A stretch of DNA of 64,000 bases from Candidatus Krumholzibacteriia bacterium (lineage in GTDB: Bacteria > Krumholzibacteriota > Krumholzibacteriia > Krumholzibacteriales > Krumholzibacteriaceae), in NCBI GenBank assembly GCA_963770685.1, contig CAVYQN010000008.1, positions 22,447 through 86,446 of the forward strand, written 5' to 3'. A model generated the notes under the pieces. That model was not told the DNA's origin and did no database searches. It saw only the letters and a program-made list of their open reading frames with translations. Below are positions 61,591 through 64,000 of the stretch, piece by piece. Made by a program: the position numbers and the translations under genes. The stretch's first letter is position 1. Each line of letters opens with the position of its first letter.

Positions 61591-62173
61591 ATGAGACTTT
61601 TTTTCGCGGTGCCGATCGCCGACGACGTGCGAAGAAGGATCCACGCCGCGGCGCCCGGCTCGTGGCCGGCGGATCCTCCCTGGCGCTGGATCCCCTGGGG
61701 CAATTACCACCTTACGATGAAGTTTCTCGGCGAGGTCGACCTTCCGGCCGTCGAGCCGCTCTGCGTGGCCGCAAGGGAGGTCGCGCGCGGCGTGGAACCG
61801 TTCAGGATAAGGTTCGGAAGGTTCGGCGCCCTCCCCGACCCCGGCCGCCCGAGGGTCCTTTTTTACGAGGTGGAGGAGGGGGCCCCGGAGCTTTCGCGCC
61901 TCTCGGAGCTCATCGCCCGCGCCGTCGAACCCCTCGGGTTCCCCGTCGAGAAAAGGCCTTTCCTCGCCCACCTCACCCTCGCCAGGGTGAAGAACCCCTC
62001 CGGGGTCCCGGGATCGCGAAAAGTTGCGTCTCGTTCCGCCCCTGCCCGGCGACACCGTCTCGCCCGTCGATCGCTTCGAGCTCGTGAAAAGCACACTCGA
62101 GCGTTCGGGCGCCGTGTACGACACGATCGAACGGTTCGGCCTCGGGGGCCCGGGCCCCGGCGGCCGCGGTTGA
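61591..62173 (+). CDS. thpR: RNA 2',3'-cyclic phosphodiesterase (frameshift near 62015)
   Basis: MRLFFAV, HLTMKFLG, HLTLAR; C-terminus FELVKSTL..SGAVY in a shifted frame. Confidence 0.9.
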
Positions 62174-62285
62174 ATTTCGTTGAATTATCCTTCACATGAT
62201 GATATAAAGACATATCCGGTTGCGGTGAATGGGGAATGTAAATCAACCGTATCGTGGATACCGGGGGATGAAGTGGAGGCAGAAG

Positions 62286-63356
62286 TTGAAAAAGTCAAAG
62301 GCGAAAGAGGGGAAACCCGCGGAAAAGACCGATGACAAGGCAAGGGCGATCGAGCTGGCGGTGGATCAGATCGAAAAGCAGTTCGGCAAGGGTTCGATAA
62401 TGAGGCTCGGAGAGGAGGGGGCTCTCGCCGAGATCGAGGCGATACCGACGGGAAGCCTCGCTCTCGATATCGCCCTCGGGATAGGGGGCGTTCCGCGAGG
62501 GAGGATCATCGAGATATACGGGCCCGAAGGGTCCGGCAAGACGACGCTGACCTGTTCGATAATCGCGAACGTCCAGAGGATGGGCGGGGTCGCCGCGTTC
62601 ATCGACGCGGAGCACGCCCTCGACATAGGGTACGCGAGAAAGATCGGGGTCGACGTCGACAACGTCCTGATATCGCAGCCCGACACTGGCGAGCAGGCCC
62701 TCGAGATAGCCGAGGTCCTCATAAGGAGCGACGCCATCGACGTCGTCGTCATCGATTCGGTCGCGGCGCTCGTTCCGGCCGCCGAGATAGAGGGGCAGAT
62801 GGGCGATTCCCACGTCGGCCTGCAGGCGAGGCTGATGTCGCAGGCCCTGCGCAAAATCGCCGGCGCCGTGTCGAAATCCAGGACGTGCATGATCTTCACC
62901 AACCAGATAAGGATGAAGATCGGCGTCCTCTTCGGGAATCCGGAGACGACCACCGGCGGGAACGCGCTGAAGTTCTACGCCACGATCCGGATGGATATAA
63001 GGCGGATCGGCCAGGTCAAGGACGGAGAGACGATCAGCGGCAACCTGACCAGGGTCAAGGTCGTCAAGAACAAGGTCGCGGCCCCCTTCAGGCAGGCCGA
63101 GTTCGATATCCTCTACTCCGAGGGGATCAGCTACGAAGGCGACCTCATAGAGCTCGGCGCCGCATCGTCGATAATTTCGAAGATGGGCAGCTGGTATTCC
63201 TTCGGAGAGACCAGGCTCGGGCAGGGCAAGGACAATACCAGGATCTTCCTCAAGGAAAACCGCGATATAAGAAACGAGATCGAGGCCGCCATCAAGGCGC
63301 ATTACGGCATCGGGGCGGCCGTCCTGCCGAAGGAGCCGGCGGGTGCCGGCGAATGA
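62286..63356 (+). CDS. recA: Recombinase RecA
   Basis: [55 protein letters not shown]. Confidence 0.99.
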   Translation: MKKSKAKEGKPAEKTDDKARAIELAVDQIEKQFGKGSIMRLGEEGALAEIEAIPTGSLALDIALGIGGVPRGRIIEIYGPEGSGKTTLTCSIIANVQRMGGVAAFIDAEHALDIGYARKIGVDVDNVLISQPDTGEQALEIAEVLIRSDAIDVVVIDSVAALVPAAEIEGQMGDSHVGLQARLMSQALRKIAGAVSKSRTCMIFTNQIRMKIGVLFGNPETTTGGNALKFYATIRMDIRRIGQVKDGETISGNLTRVKVVKNKVAAPFRQAEFDILYSEGISYEGDLIELGAASSIISKMGSWYSFGETRLGQGKDNTRIFLKENRDIRNEIEAAIKAHYGIGAAVLPKEPAGAGE

Positions 63357-63366
63357 CGGGCGGCCG

Positions 63367-64000
63367 GTGGAGGTCGTCGAGGTCGGAAGGAAGGCGGGCG
63401 GCCTTTTCAGGGTAACGACGTCCGACGGCCGAAGATATCTCGTCGCGGACGATCCGTCGGCCGCGAGGTATCTCGAAAAGGGCGCCGTCCTCCATGGGCC
63501 CGACATCGACGACCTCGAAGGCCCCAGGGCCCGCGCGGCGGGCCTGATCTTTGCGTGCGCCCTTCTTTCCAGGAGGGACCGGACGGAATCCCAGATCAGA
63601 AGCGCCCTCGCAGCCGAGGGGATGGAGGATCCGGAGACCGTCGGGCATATCCTGGGATCGCTTCGGGCGAAAGGGTATGTCGACGACCGGCGGTACGCCG
63701 AGGATACGATCATCACGCGCAAGAGATACCGTCCGACGGGGCCGGGTTTTCTCAGGCGGATGCTGAAGGAAGCGGGAGTTGCGACGGAGGTAGTCGAAGA
63801 CAGCATCGAAAGGCATTATCCCGGAGCCGACGAGGAGCGGATAGCGCGCCGACTCGCCGCGGGGAAGCTGGCCCTGATGAAGGGGGTCGACCGGGAGAAG
63901 GCCGCTAGAAGGATGCACGCCTTCCTCTCGCGCAGAGGTTTTTCGCCCGGCCTGGTGAGCGATATCTGCGCCGGGGTGTTAAGGGGAGATCATACCGGAG
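63367..64000 (+). CDS. recX: Regulatory protein RecX (runs off the window end)
   Basis: Manual translation gives LLSRRDRTESQIR, LRAKGYVDDRRYA, FLSRRGFS; directly follows recA. Confidence 0.88.
   Translation, partial: MEVVEVGRKAGGLFRVTTSDGRRYLVADDPSAARYLEKGAVLHGPDIDDLEGPRARAAGLIFACALLSRRDRTESQIRSALAAEGMEDPETVGHILGSLRAKGYVDDRRYAEDTIITRKRYRPTGPGFLRRMLKEAGVATEVVEDSIERHYPGADEERIARRLAAGKLALMKGVDREKAARRMHAFLSRRGFSPGLVSDICAGVLRGDHTG

Noticed and set aside
62174-62285. LexA box upstream of recA
   Set aside because: No recognisable CTGT-N8-ACAG or GAAC-N4-GTTC site; a lineage-specific motif cannot be supported from one site.

Overview
This is a GC-rich bacterial chromosome segment. Its gene content suggests a diderm anaerobe, possibly of the FCB-related Krumholzibacteriota/Latescibacterota type (inference only). 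From left to right it holds: rplS-rnhB-yraN; two small exported proteins each followed by a structured non-coding element; a DMT transporter and a lysine 6-transaminase; a ~28 kb cell-surface glycan locus (6.1-34.6 kb) with GT2s, two paralogous UPF0104 flippase-like genes, GT-C-like proteins, Wzx, an O-antigen ligase-like gene, an AsnB-like ligase, methyltransferases and a WecD-like GNAT; outer-membrane and TPR genes; iscS-mnmA; six tRNAs; a NikR-regulated nickel ECF operon; a 2-oxoacid oxidoreductase operon; a large SRP RNA; and dnaX-ybaB-recR-mglBA-pgpA-cinA-ychF-like-thpR-recA-recX. The best candidate for an undescribed system is a stand-alone C-A-T-TE NRPS with a cysteine-type thioesterase and a nearby PPTase, embedded in the glycan locus. 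The second is a ~115-nt rod-shaped ncRNA behind a perfect sigma70 promoter (2292-2441, minus strand). Many genes carry single-base frameshifts, most likely long-read errors. No transposase, integrase, phage gene or CRISPR array was seen. All family calls are by motif recognition; no searches were run.
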